A stretch of DNA of 64,000 nt from Alphaproteobacteria bacterium. GTDB lineage: Bacteria; Pseudomonadota; Alphaproteobacteria; UBA7887. Where the stretch lies: NCBI GenBank assembly GCA_965201115.1, contig OZ241745.1:1810449-1874448 (forward strand), given 5' to 3'. The position numbers were made by a program, and so were the translations under genes. Shown piece by piece: positions 10,384 to 22,316 of this stretch (positions within the stretch are counted from its first letter, which is position 1; the number at the start of each line of letters is the position of its first letter). The notes beneath the pieces were generated by a model that ran no database searches, was not told the origin of the DNA, and saw nothing but the letters and a program-made list of their open reading frames with translations.

Positions 10384-10472
10384 CCCCGCCGAAGGCGGGG
10401 CCCGGGACCGCGGGCTTCCAGCCCGCACGTTTCCGCACGCTTCCTGGGTGCGCGGGCGTCTCGCCCGCACGT
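10384..10472. repeat. REP-like element cluster
   Basis: CCCCGCCGAAGGCGGGG + GCGGGCTTCCAGCCCGCACGT + GCGGGCGTCTCGCCCGCACGT. Confidence 0.8.
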
Positions 10473-10559
10473 TGCAACCGGCGCGAACGCCCCCGGGGGA
10501 GGCGCGGCGACTACGCCCCCTCCCCGCGCCCGGGCAGTGCGCCCGAAATACGCAAACTA

Positions 10560-10729
10560 CGCGCGATTCGCGAATCGCGCGAAAAAACCGTGCAACGGCG
10601 GTTGACAGCCCCAAGCGTTATGATAACTATAAATGGCAAATCCAGGGTAGCTGCTCGTTTCTCGCCGGAAACGCGCCGGGGGGGGGGGGCTCCTTTATGC
10701 CCGCAATCCGGAACGGAGGCGCTGAAGCC
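10560..10729 (+). promoter_or_regulatory. Putative sigma70 promoter/5' leader with G12 tract (copy 1)
   Basis: TTGACA at 10602, AT-rich TGATAACTATAAAT downstream, G12 at 10678-10689, GGAGG RBS; region near-identical to 13870-14039. Confidence 0.6.
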
Positions 10730-13552
10730 ATGTATCTTCGAACGACCCTTGCCTGCTGTGCGTGCTGCGCCGCGCTCGGCCTCGCCGCCTGCGGCGGCGG
10801 CGGCGGCGGCGTGTCGACCGCGGAACTCGAACAGGTCCGGGCCGCGCTCGCGGCCTCCGACGCCGACCGCAAGGAGGCGCAAGGCGCGCTCGCGGAAGCG
10901 CAGGCCGCGCTCGCGGCCGCCAACGCCCTGCTGCGGGCGGGCGTCGGCGAACCCGAGGCGCGCGCGCAGCTCGGCGAGACGCTGACCGAAAACGGCAAAC
11001 GCCTCGGCGAAGCGGCGGCGAGTGTGGCGGATCTGCCCCCTCCCCCCGCCGGCGCCGCCCCCGAAGAGCGGCAAGCCGTCATCGACGCGCGGCGCGCCAC
11101 GGTCAATGCGCTGAACCTGACGGAGACGGCGATCGATCTGCTCGGCGAAGCGGTGCGGCAGGCCGACGCCGCCGCCGCGGCGCCCGTCGCGGCCGCCGCC
11201 CACACGGCGCTCGACCGCGCGCAAACGGCGCTGACGACGGCCGTCGACGCGGTCGCCGACGCACAGGCCCTGCTCGCCGAAATACCCGACTCCGGCGCCC
11301 TCGATGCGTTCCTGCGAACGGCGCGCACCGCGCTGCTGACCGGGCAGCTCTCGCTCGCCCCCGTCATCCGCGCCGAGCTCGACGAATCGCAAGCCGGCCT
11401 CGCGGCCGCGCGCGCCGACGTGACCAGACTCACGGGCGTCGTGAATACGCGCACGACCGAACGCGACAACGCGCAGCGCGAACTCGCGGCGGCGCGGGCC
11501 GAAGTAACCAGGCTCGAGGGCGTCGTGGCCGCGCGGCAACGCGAGCTGGACGCGCGCACAGGCGACCTGAAGGATCGCACGGCCGAACGCGACAAGGCCC
11601 AACGCGAACTCGCGGCGGCGCAAGCCGAAGTCACCAGACTCGCCGGCGTCGTGGCCGCGCGCACCGGCGAACGCGACCGGGCCCGGCGCGACCTCGCCGA
11701 CGCGCGGGCCGAACTGATGCGGGTCGAGGGCCGGCTCGACGCCATGACCCTCGTGTTCGGCGAGGACGTCGAAATGCCGGAGGGCAACCGCGTCGGCTCG
11801 GGCGTCGAGAGGATACGGCGCATGGCCGACGCCGAGATCGAGATCCGCGAGGGCTTCGGCGCCGGAGCCGGCAGCGGATGGGGCCAGCAGACCAGATACA
11901 ACGCCAGGGGCGGGACATACACGCCGAGGCCGGCGGCCCCCGCGGTGGGATACGCCGCAGACACGCCGATGCTTTTCGGCACGGAGACGCCGCCGCAAAC
12001 GACTCTCCCCGGGCGCGGAACGATCTTCCGCGGCGAGATCCGCGCCCCCCGGGCCCAGGCGAACGCGGCCACCGCCGCACGCCTCACCACGTCTACGGTC
12101 ACCGTGGAGGTGGGAGACTATGTTCTCGCGAGCGAACAGGGCGGCTACGAGCTGAAGGACAGGTTCGTCATCCAGGGCCGGCGCGTGACGGGCGGCCCCA
12201 GCGATGACCCCGGCGGCGCGGCCGCCGGCCTCGTCAGGGCCGAGCTCGACAAGGAGACGGAGTGGAAAAACTGGGACGCGATTCCGCAGACCTCGTTCCG
12301 CTACGACCCCGAAGGCGGCTTGACGATGTTTTTCGGCGGGACCTCCGACGGCGCGCTCATCTTCGGCGACCTCGAGCCCTTCGCCGCAAGGGGCGCCGTG
12401 GACGGCGACCTGGTGCATGACAACCGGATCACCGACGACATCGAAATCTCCTTCGGCGCGCCGAAACCCGATCCCTACGGCGACCGCGGATACTGGTGGC
12501 TGGTGGAAACGCCGAACCCCAAGAGGGACCTGGTCCGCGACGCCGACGGCGATCCGGTCACGACGACCGTGGCGGAAGGGAACTACAAGTGGATGAACGC
12601 GGCCGGCACCGCCCAGCAGGAAGACCCCGACGGAAATCCGCTTTACGTCACCCTCGAGGACGATCCCCCCGCGGGAGTCGTCGCCGGCTCCTACGAGGCG
12701 TTTCTGTCGAACCATGCCGGCGCCGCCGCCGGCGCCGACGGAACGCCGGGCACCGCCGACGACGAACAGCGCTACCTGCGCTACGCCGCCTACGGGCTGC
12801 TCAACTTCGTGGACTACAACACCACCGACGTGCGCCCGGGCCGCTTCCAGACCTTCCACTACGGGTTCGACGCCTTCGACGCCGACGCCGATACGGCGAC
12901 GCCGGCCGTTCCGCCGGCGGACGGCGATTCGATCGCCGCGACCTTCGCCGGCAGGACCTCGGGCTGGGTGGCGTTGCCCATCGCAACCGGACACTGGACC
13001 ACGACCTGGGGGAAGGATCATCTGAACAACTGCGGCTCGGCCGGCACGACCCGATGCAACGGGAACCTCATCGAGCAGTTGGTCCGCATGCGCGGCGACG
13101 TCAGGCTCACCGCCTGCATCGGCGGCGGCGGCTGCTCGGGAGTCGCCGCCGGCGCCGCCGGCGGCGCCAACGAGATCGAGGGCTCGATCTCCAACTTCGA
13201 ATACGCGCTGCAAATCGGCCAGTGGACCGACCGGAACAGCGCCGTGCTCGACAAGGCCCGGGAAACGCTCCACGGCAGGATCGATCTCGCCGGCGCGATC
13301 GCCGCCGACGGCAGCTACAAGGGCGAAGTGACGCCCAACGCGCAAGAGGAGATGGTGACCGGGAGCGCGACGGCGACCGCCGCCATGTCCGATGCATGGG
13401 GCGTCGGCGAGTTCGAGGGCGCGTTCTACGGCCCGCAAGACGCTCTCGAGACCGCGGGCACATGGTGGGTCCCGGCCCGCGAGAACGTCGACCGGTATGT
13501 CGGCATGGTCGGCAGTTTCGGCGCCGCCTGCACCGACTGCGGCGGCGAATAG
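10730..13552 (+). CDS. Surface lipoprotein: coiled-coil stalk + C-terminal TbpB-like beta-barrel (paralog 1)
   Basis: Lipobox LAAC followed by poly-Gly; repeats 'AARAEVTRLEGVVAART.ERD'; C-terminal 'GEFEGAFYGP..ETAGTWWV..VGSFGA'. Confidence 0.75.
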   Translation: MYLRTTLACCACCAALGLAACGGGGGGVSTAELEQVRAALAASDADRKEAQGALAEAQAALAAANALLRAGVGEPEARAQLGETLTENGKRLGEAAASVADLPPPPAGAAPEERQAVIDARRATVNALNLTETAIDLLGEAVRQADAAAAAPVAAAAHTALDRAQTALTTAVDAVADAQALLAEIPDSGALDAFLRTARTALLTGQLSLAPVIRAELDESQAGLAAARADVTRLTGVVNTRTTERDNAQRELAAARAEVTRLEGVVAARQRELDARTGDLKDRTAERDKAQRELAAAQAEVTRLAGVVAARTGERDRARRDLADARAELMRVEGRLDAMTLVFGEDVEMPEGNRVGSGVERIRRMADAEIEIREGFGAGAGSGWGQQTRYNARGGTYTPRPAAPAVGYAADTPMLFGTETPPQTTLPGRGTIFRGEIRAPRAQANAATAARLTTSTVTVEVGDYVLASEQGGYELKDRFVIQGRRVTGGPSDDPGGAAAGLVRAELDKETEWKNWDAIPQTSFRYDPEGGLTMFFGGTSDGALIFGDLEPFAARGAVDGDLVHDNRITDDIEISFGAPKPDPYGDRGYWWLVETPNPKRDLVRDADGDPVTTTVAEGNYKWMNAAGTAQQEDPDGNPLYVTLEDDPPAGVVAGSYEAFLSNHAGAAAGADGTPGTADDEQRYLRYAAYGLLNFVDYNTTDVRPGRFQTFHYGFDAFDADADTATPAVPPADGDSIAATFAGRTSGWVALPIATGHWTTTWGKDHLNNCGSAGTTRCNGNLIEQLVRMRGDVRLTACIGGGGCSGVAAGAAGGANEIEGSISNFEYALQIGQWTDRNSAVLDKARETLHGRIDLAGAIAADGSYKGEVTPNAQEEMVTGSATATAAMSDAWGVGEFEGAFYGPQDALETAGTWWVPARENVDRYVGMVGSFGAACTDCGGE

Positions 13553-13579
13553 CCCGCCCGCCCGCGCTCCCGGAAACCG

Positions 13580-13820
13580 ACCCCGCCGAAGGCGGGGCCC
13601 GGGACCGCGGGCTTCCAGCCCGCACGTCCCGACCCACGCCAACCCCGCCGAAGGCGGGGCCCGGGACCGCGGGCTTCCAGCCCGCACGTTTCCGCGCGCT
13701 TCCCGGGCGCGCGGGCGTCTCGCCCGCACGTTTCCGGAAGGCGCGGTGTTTGCATGGCCTGCCCGGCGGCCGTTTGCGAAGGCGGCGGCGTGCGGGCGAG
13801 ACGCGCGGGCGCCCGGGAAG
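13580..13820. repeat. REP-like element cluster between lipoprotein paralogs
   Basis: Two tandem CCCCGCCGAAGGCGGGG-CCCGGGACCGCGGGCTTCCAGCCCGCACGT units plus an inverted GCGGGCGTCTCGCCCGCA pair. Confidence 0.8.
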
Positions 13821-13869
13821 TTGGCCCCCCTCCCCGCGCCCGACCGGCGCGCCCGAAGTACACAAAATA

Positions 13870-14039
13870 CGCGCGATTCGCGAATTGCGCGAAAAAACCG
13901 TGCAACGGCGGTTGACAACCCCGACCGTTGCGATAACTGTAACCGGCAAATCCGGGGCAGCCGCTCGTTTTCTCTCCGGAATGCGCCGGGGGGGGGGGGC
14001 TCCTTCATGCCCGCAATCCGGAACGGAGGCGCTGAAGCC
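13870..14039 (+). promoter_or_regulatory. Putative sigma70 promoter/5' leader with G12 tract (copy 2)
   Basis: TTGACA at 13912, G12 at 13988-13999, same RBS region as copy 1. Confidence 0.6.
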
Positions 14040-16901
14040 ATGTATTTCCGAACGACCCTTGCCTGCTGCGCGTGCTGCGCCGCGCTCGGCCTCGCCGCCT
14101 GCGGCGGCGGGACCGGCGGCGTGCCGACCGCGGAGCACGAACGTGTCCAGGCCGCGCTCGCCGGCGCCGAGGCCGAGCGCGACGGCGCGCGGACAGCGCT
14201 CCAGGAAGCGCAGGCCGCGCTCGCGGCCGCCAACGCCCTGCTGGCGGACGCCGACAACCCCGAGCAGCGGGAAAAACTCGGCGCGACGCTGACCGAGACG
14301 CGCGTCGAAATCGTCGAGGCGGCGGCGAGGGTGGCGGCTCTGCCCCCGCCCCCCGCCGAGGCCGAACCCGAGGCGCGGCAAGCCATTATCGCGACGCGGG
14401 AAGCCACCGTCAGGGCGCTGAACGCGACGGGGACGGCGCTCGATGCGATGGCCGAAGCGGTGCGGCGGGCCGACGCCGCCGCCGCGGCGCCCGTCGCGGC
14501 CGACGCCCACACGGCGCTCGACCGCGCGCAAACGGCGATGACGACGGCGCTCGGCGCGGTTGCCGACGCCCGCGCCCTGCTCGCCGAAACGCCCGACCCC
14601 GACGCCTCCGACGCGCTCCTGCAGGCGCAGAACGCGCTGCTGACCGCGCAACTCTCGCTGACGCCCGTCATCCGCGCCGAGCTCGACGAATCGCAAACCG
14701 GCCTCGCCGCCGCGCGCGCCGCCCTCGCGGACGAGCGCGCCGCCCTCGCGACCGCGCGCGCCGAGGCGACCAGGCTCGCCGGCGTCGTGACCGCGCGCAC
14801 CGGCGAACGCGACACGGCCCGGCGCGACCTCGCGGCCGCGCGCGCCGAAGTCACCAGGCTCGAGGGCGTCGTGGCCGCGCGGCAACGCGAGCTGGACGCG
14901 CGCACGGGCGACCTGAAGGATCGCACGGCCGAACGCGACAAGGCCCAACGCGACCTCGCGGCGGCGCGGGCCGATGTAACCAGGCTCGAGGGCGAAGTAA
15001 CCAGGCTCGAGGGCGTCGTGACCGCGCGCACGACCGAACGCGACGAGGCCCGGCGCCGGCTCGACGCGCTGACCCTCGCGTTCGGCGAGGACGTCGAAAT
15101 GCCGGAGGGCAACCCCCTCGGCTCAAGCGTCGAAAGGACGCGGCGCATGGCCATCGGCGGCGCCGACGGCGTCGATCTCAGCTTCCGCGTGGGCTTCGAC
15201 GCCCGCGCCGGCACCAGCTGGAGCCAGCAGATCAGATACACCGCCACCGGCGGAACGTACACGCCGAGGCCGGCGCCCGGCCCGGTCGGATACACCGCAG
15301 ACACGCCGATGCTTTTCGGCACGGAGACGCCGCCGCAAACGATTTTCCCCGGGCGCGGAACGGTCTTCCGCGGCGGACTGCGCGCGCCCCGGGCCCGGGC
15401 CGACTCGACCACCGCCACACGCCTCAGCGTGAGTGTGGGAGCCTATATTCTTGCGACCGAACGGGGCGGCTACGCGCCGAAGGAGAGGCTCATGATCCAG
15501 GGCCGGCGCGTGGAGAGCGGCCCCAGCTTCGACGCCGACAGCGCGGCCGCCGACGGTCTCGTCAGGGCCGCGGGCGACAAGGCGCGGGCGTGGAGGAACT
15601 GGGACGCGGTTCCGCAGACCTCGTTCCGCTACGACCCCGAAGGCGGCTTGACGATGTTTTTCGGCGGGACCGCCGACGGCGCGCTCATCTTCGGCGACCT
15701 CGAGCCCTTCGCCGCGAAGGGCGGCGCGGCCGGCGACCTGGACCGCGACAACCGGATCGTCGACGACATCGACATCTCCTTCGGCGCGCCGAAACCCGAT
15801 CCCTACGGCGACCGCGGATACTGGTGGCTGATGGAAACGCCGAACCCCAAGAGGGACCTGAAGCGCGACGCAGACGGCGATCCGGTCCTCGTCGGCATCG
15901 CGGCCGGCGAGACCGTGCCCGAGGGGCACTACAAGTGGATGGGCGCCAACGTCGGCGACCCCCAGGAAACCGATCCCGTCAGCGGAAATCCGGCCTACGT
16001 CACCCTCGAGGACGATCCTCCCGCGGGGTTCGTCGCCGGCACCTACGAGGCGTTTCTGTCGAACCATGCCGGCGCGGCCGCCGGCGCCGACGAAACGCCG
16101 GGCACCGCCGACGACGAACAGCGCTACCTGCGCTACGCCGCCTACGGGCTGTTCAACTTCGTGGACTACAACACCTCCGACGCGCGGCCGGGCCGCTTCC
16201 AGACCTTCCACTACGGGTTCGACGCCTTCGACGAAGACGCCGGCACGGCGACGCCGGCCGTTCCGCCGGTAACGGAGAATTCGATCGCCGCGACCTTCGC
16301 CGGCAAGACCTCGGGATGGGTGCTGTTGCCCGTCAACAGAAACCACCTGGATCATACGACCTGGGGGGAGCCTCGCGGGAGGGTTTGCGGCAATGCGGGC
16401 ACGGCGCAATGCACCGGGACCTTTATCAGCCAGTTGATCCGCCTGCGCGGCGACGTCGCGCTCACCGCCTGCATCGGCGGCGGCGGCTGCTCGGGAATCG
16501 CCGCCGCCGACGCCAACGAGATCGAGGGATCGATCTCCAACTTCGAATACGCGCCGCAGGTCGGCTACTGGACCAACCGGGACTCCGGCGTGCTCGACCG
16601 CGTCGCGAGAACGCTCCACGGCAGGATCGATCTCGCCGGCACGATCTCTGCCGACGGCGCCTACAAGGGCGCCGTGACGCCGAATACGGAGCAGGAGCGG
16701 ACGACCCAGGAGGTGGAAGGCACAAACATGGCCGCCATGTCCTATACATGGGGCGAGGGCGAGTTCGAGGGCGCGTTCTACGGCCCGCAAGACGCTCTCG
16801 AGACCGCGGGCACATGGTGGGTCCCGGCCCGCGAGCATATCCCCGAATACGCCGGCATGGCCGGCAGTTTCGGCGCCCGCTGCACCGACTGCGGCGAATA
16901 G
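14040..16901 (+). CDS. Surface lipoprotein: coiled-coil stalk + C-terminal TbpB-like beta-barrel (paralog 2)
   Basis: Same architecture and long near-identical blocks as 10730-13552. Confidence 0.75.
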   Translation: MYFRTTLACCACCAALGLAACGGGTGGVPTAEHERVQAALAGAEAERDGARTALQEAQAALAAANALLADADNPEQREKLGATLTETRVEIVEAAARVAALPPPPAEAEPEARQAIIATREATVRALNATGTALDAMAEAVRRADAAAAAPVAADAHTALDRAQTAMTTALGAVADARALLAETPDPDASDALLQAQNALLTAQLSLTPVIRAELDESQTGLAAARAALADERAALATARAEATRLAGVVTARTGERDTARRDLAAARAEVTRLEGVVAARQRELDARTGDLKDRTAERDKAQRDLAAARADVTRLEGEVTRLEGVVTARTTERDEARRRLDALTLAFGEDVEMPEGNPLGSSVERTRRMAIGGADGVDLSFRVGFDARAGTSWSQQIRYTATGGTYTPRPAPGPVGYTADTPMLFGTETPPQTIFPGRGTVFRGGLRAPRARADSTTATRLSVSVGAYILATERGGYAPKERLMIQGRRVESGPSFDADSAAADGLVRAAGDKARAWRNWDAVPQTSFRYDPEGGLTMFFGGTADGALIFGDLEPFAAKGGAAGDLDRDNRIVDDIDISFGAPKPDPYGDRGYWWLMETPNPKRDLKRDADGDPVLVGIAAGETVPEGHYKWMGANVGDPQETDPVSGNPAYVTLEDDPPAGFVAGTYEAFLSNHAGAAAGADETPGTADDEQRYLRYAAYGLFNFVDYNTSDARPGRFQTFHYGFDAFDEDAGTATPAVPPVTENSIAATFAGKTSGWVLLPVNRNHLDHTTWGEPRGRVCGNAGTAQCTGTFISQLIRLRGDVALTACIGGGGCSGIAAADANEIEGSISNFEYAPQVGYWTNRDSGVLDRVARTLHGRIDLAGTISADGAYKGAVTPNTEQERTTQEVEGTNMAAMSYTWGEGEFEGAFYGPQDALETAGTWWVPAREHIPEYAGMAGSFGARCTDCGE

Positions 16902-17099
16902 CCCGCCCCAACGCCGCGCGCGCCGGGCCGCCCCCGCGGCCCGGCGCGCAACCCCGCCGAAGGCGGGGCCCGGGACCGCGGGCGTCCTGCCCGCGCGTGC
17001 CCGCAGGGCGCGGACCCGCTTCCTGGGCCCCCCGCGTTGCATCGCAACGACGACCGGGCCAAGATGCCCCGGCGCGGGGTCGCGCCGGGAGAACGAGCG

Positions 17100-17975
17100 A
17101 TGGCCGAGCCCACCGCCTTGCCGCGGGTCGCCCGAACGATAGCCGCGCTGCGCGCCGCCGTCGCGCGCTGGCGCGCCGAAGGCGCCGGCCGCATCGGCGT
17201 CGTCCCCACCATGGGCTGCCTCCACGCCGGCCACATGGCGCTCGTCGCCGCCGCGCGCGCGCGCTGCGCCCGCACCGTCGTCACCATCTTCGTAAACCCC
17301 GCCCAGTTCGGCCCCGACGAAGACTTCGCCGACTACCCGCGCGACGAACGAGGCGACCTCCGCGCGCTCCGCGAAGCCGGGGTCGATCTCGCCTTCGCGC
17401 CCGCCGCCGCCGAAATGTACCCGCCGGGCTTCGCCGCGACCGTCTCGGTCCCGGGTCTCGCGCGCGAGCTGTGCGGCGCCGCGCGGCCCGGCCACTTCGA
17501 CGGCGTCGCCACCGTGGTCGCCAAACTGTTCCTGCAATGCGCCGCCGACGAGGCGTTTTTCGGCGAGAAAGACTGGCAGCAACTCAAAATCGTGGCCCGC
17601 ATGGCGCGCGATCTCGATATCCCCACGCAGGTGATAGCCGTGCCCACCGTGCGCGAGGCCGACGGCCTCGCGATCTCGTCGCGCAATGTGCGCCTCGACC
17701 CCCGCCGCCGCGCCATCGCCCCCGAACTGGCGCGCGCGCTGCGCGCCGCCGCCGCCGCGATCGCGCGCGGCGCCCCCCCCGCGCAAGCCGTCGCCGAAGC
17801 CCGCGCCCGCCTCGCCCGCGCCGGCTTCGACAGCATCGACTACCTGGAATGCCGCGACGGCGAAACCCTCGCCCCCATAACCCGCCCCGCCCCCGCCGCC
17901 CGCATCTTCGCCGCCGCCCGCCTCGGCCGAACCCGCCTCATCGACAACCTCCCCCTCCCCCCCCCCCCCCCCTGA
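17100..17975 (+). CDS. panC: Pantoate--beta-alanine ligase
   Basis: 'VPTMGCLHAGH', 'IFVNPAQF', 'RPGHFDGV', 'FGEKDWQQ', 'GLAISSRN', 'RLIDN'. Confidence 0.97.
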   Translation: MAEPTALPRVARTIAALRAAVARWRAEGAGRIGVVPTMGCLHAGHMALVAAARARCARTVVTIFVNPAQFGPDEDFADYPRDERGDLRALREAGVDLAFAPAAAEMYPPGFAATVSVPGLARELCGAARPGHFDGVATVVAKLFLQCAADEAFFGEKDWQQLKIVARMARDLDIPTQVIAVPTVREADGLAISSRNVRLDPRRRAIAPELARALRAAAAAIARGAPPAQAVAEARARLARAGFDSIDYLECRDGETLAPITRPAPAARIFAAARLGRTRLIDNLPLPPPPP

Positions 17976-17983
17976 TTCCCGCA

Positions 17984-19042
17984 ACCCCGCCGAAGGCGGG
18001 GCCTGGGTGCGCGGGCGTCCCCGCCCGCACGTTCCCGCGCGGCGCGGCGTCGGCAGGGAGGGCCGCGGCGCGCTTCCTGGGCGCCCGCGCGTCCCGCCGG
18101 CATGTTCCCGCGCGACGCGGCGTCGGCAGGGAGGAGCGCGCACCCCGCCCGCCAACATTCGCGGCAGTCGAGACGCACGGCGCCGCCGCGCACGCGCAAC
18201 CCCGCCGAAGGCGGGGCCCGGGACCGCGGGCTTCCAGCCCGCACGTTCCCGCGCGGCGCGATGTCGGCAGGAAGGGCCGCGGCGCACTTCCTGGGCGCCC
18301 GCGCGTCCCGCCCGCACGTTCCCGCAAGGCGCGATGTCGGCAGGGAGAGGCGCGGCCCGCCCGCCAGCATTCGCGGCAGTCGAGACGTGCGGGCGAGACG
18401 CCCGCGCACCCAGGCCCCGCCTTCGGCGGGGTTTCCCGAGGCGCGCAGCGCACTCCCCCGGGCGCCCGCACGTCCCGCCCGCACGTCGGCAGTCCGCACG
18501 GCGCCGCCACGCATGCGCAACCCCGCCGAAGGCGGGGCCTGGGTGCGCGGGCATCCTGCCCGCACGTTCCCGCGCGGCGCGATGTCGGCAGGAAGGGCCG
18601 CGGCGCACTTCCTGGGTGCGCGAGCGTCCCGCCCGCACGTTCCCGCGCGACGCGGCGTCGGCAGGGAGAGGCGCGGCCCGCCCCGCCCGCCGGCGTTCGC
18701 GGCGGTCGCAACGTGCGGGCAGGGATGCCCGCGGTCCCGGGCCCCGCCTTCGGCGGGGTTTCCCGAGGCGCGCAGCGCACTCCCCCGGGCGCCCGCGCGT
18801 CTCGCCCGCACGTCGCCGCAAGCCGCGGCGTTGCCGGGGAAGGCGCGGTCTTCACGCCCCGCCCGCCGACATTCGCGGCGGTGGCAACGTGCGGGCGAGA
18901 CGCGCGGGCGCCCAGGAAGTCCGCGCCTTCGGCGCGGCGTTGCCGGGGAAGGCGCGGTCGTCGCGCCCCGCCCGCCGGCGTTCGCGGTTGTCGAGACGTG
19001 CGGGCAGGATGCCCGCGGTCCCGGGCCCCGCCTTCGGCGGGG
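17984..19042. repeat. ~1.06 kb mosaic array of REP-like elements between convergent panC and mutL
   Basis: Six CCCCGCCGAAGGCGGGG hairpins (about 17985, 18200, 18415, 18521, 18743, 19027; both orientations) plus many GCGGGCNNNNNGCCCGCACGT units and repeated linkers. Confidence 0.85.
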
Positions 19043-20852
<1,810 letters not shown>

Positions 20853-20856
<4 letters not shown>

Positions 20857-22190
20857 GGCCCCGCCCCCGCGCGCCGCCGCGCCAGCGCCGCCAGCCGCGC
20901 GCGCGCCCGCCGCTTGCCCGCCTCCACCGCCGGCTGGTCGAACGGATCCACGCCCCACATATGCGCCGCGATAACCGTCTCCAGCATGAAATGCATGAAC
21001 AGCGCCCCGAGGCGATACTCGTCGAGCGCGGCGATGCGGATGCGCCGCGCGGGCCGCCCGGCCGCCGCCAGCGCCTCGGCCGTCGCCGCGGCCATCGCGC
21101 ACGCCAGATCGTCGAGACTCGCGCCCGCGAGCCACGCCAGTTCCGGGTCGCCGGCGGCGAAGCCCGGCGCGGCGCGCGGCGCGTCCCCCGCCGCGCCGCA
21201 CGAGACGATGGTGACGAAAACCCCCGGCGGGCCGTCGAGCCACAATTGCAGCTGGCTGTGCTGGTCGCGCGGGCCGAGCGCCGCCGCCGGCGCCGTGCCC
21301 TTGCCGCCCTTGCCGAGCGATTCGGCCCACAATTGCGCATGCCAGCGCGCGAACGCCGCCAGCCGGTCGGCATACGGCATGGTCACGGCGAGGCGCGCGC
21401 CGCGCGTCTCCGCCAGCGCAACATGGACCGCGGCGCCGAGCGCGGGCGGCGAATCGGCGGGCCGCGAAGCGCCGAGCGCCCGATCGAGCGCCGCCGCCGC
21501 CCCCGCGCACGCCGCCGCCGCGTCGAGCCCCGCGAACAACGCCGGCAACAGCCCCACGGGCGACAGAACCGAATAGCGCCCGCCCAGATCGGGCGGATGA
21601 TCCACGACCGCAAGGCCGAGCCGCGCCGCGAGGCGGCGCAGCGGATTCGCGCCCGGCGCGCACACAACGATGAAATGCGCGCGCGCCGCCGCTTCGCCCA
21701 GCGCCGCGCGCGCCGCCTGCCAGGCAAGCGCGAACTGCGCCAGCGTTTCCGCCGTCGCGCCGGATTTCGAAACGACCAGGAACTGCGCGCGCGCAAAATC
21801 CAGCCCGCCGAGCAGCGCCGCGAAACTCCGCGCGTCGGCGTTGTCGGGAAAATGCATGCGCGCCCCCGCGACGGGCGCGCGATCCTGCGCCAGCGCGCAC
21901 AGCGCCCGCCCGCCCAGGCTCGCGCCGCCGGCGCCGAGCACAACGACGTCATCCGCCGCGCCGCGCCGTTCGGCGGCAAGCGGCGCGAGCGCGTCCGCGC
22001 CGCCGCGGCGCGCCGGCTGCGCCATGAACGCGAGCGCGCCGGCGCCGCGCGCGCGCCGCAGCGCCTCCAGCGCCGGGCCCGCGCGCGCCAGCGCCGCCTC
22101 GAGCTCCGCCGCGCCCGCGCCGCCCGCCCCGGCGGCCTCCGCGCGGCACAGCGTTATGTCGTGCTCGTAAAGCCCGCCCCCGCCGCCCAT
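20853..22190 (-). CDS. pgi: Glucose-6-phosphate isomerase (short form)
   Basis: '[10 protein letters not shown]', 'GGRYSVLS', 'QLWAESLGK', 'DQHSQLQL', '[12 protein letters not shown]'. Confidence 0.92.
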
Positions 22191-22316
22191 GCGCACGAAT
22201 ATCGCACATCGCCCCCCGCCCCGCCAGCGCCCCCGCGCTTGCCCCCGCCCCCGCCTTCGGGCTTAATCCGCGCTCCCCAACATCGCCGCGGCGCGGCGCG
22301 ATCGAAAGGAACGGCT

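Noticed and set aside
10730-16901. Diversity-generating retroelement or invertible shufflon acting on the lipoproteins
   Set aside because: No reverse transcriptase or site-specific recombinase in the window; differences are not adenine-specific and the copies are direct full-length genes
17950-17975. C16 tract in panC as a phase-variation switch
   Set aside because: It lies in the last codons after the conserved RLIDN motif, so slippage would only change the tail
17984-19042. Repeat array as CRISPR or as protein-coding (several 300-480 aa ORFs)
   Set aside because: Irregular spacing, both orientations, no unique spacers; the ORFs are translations of GC-rich repeats
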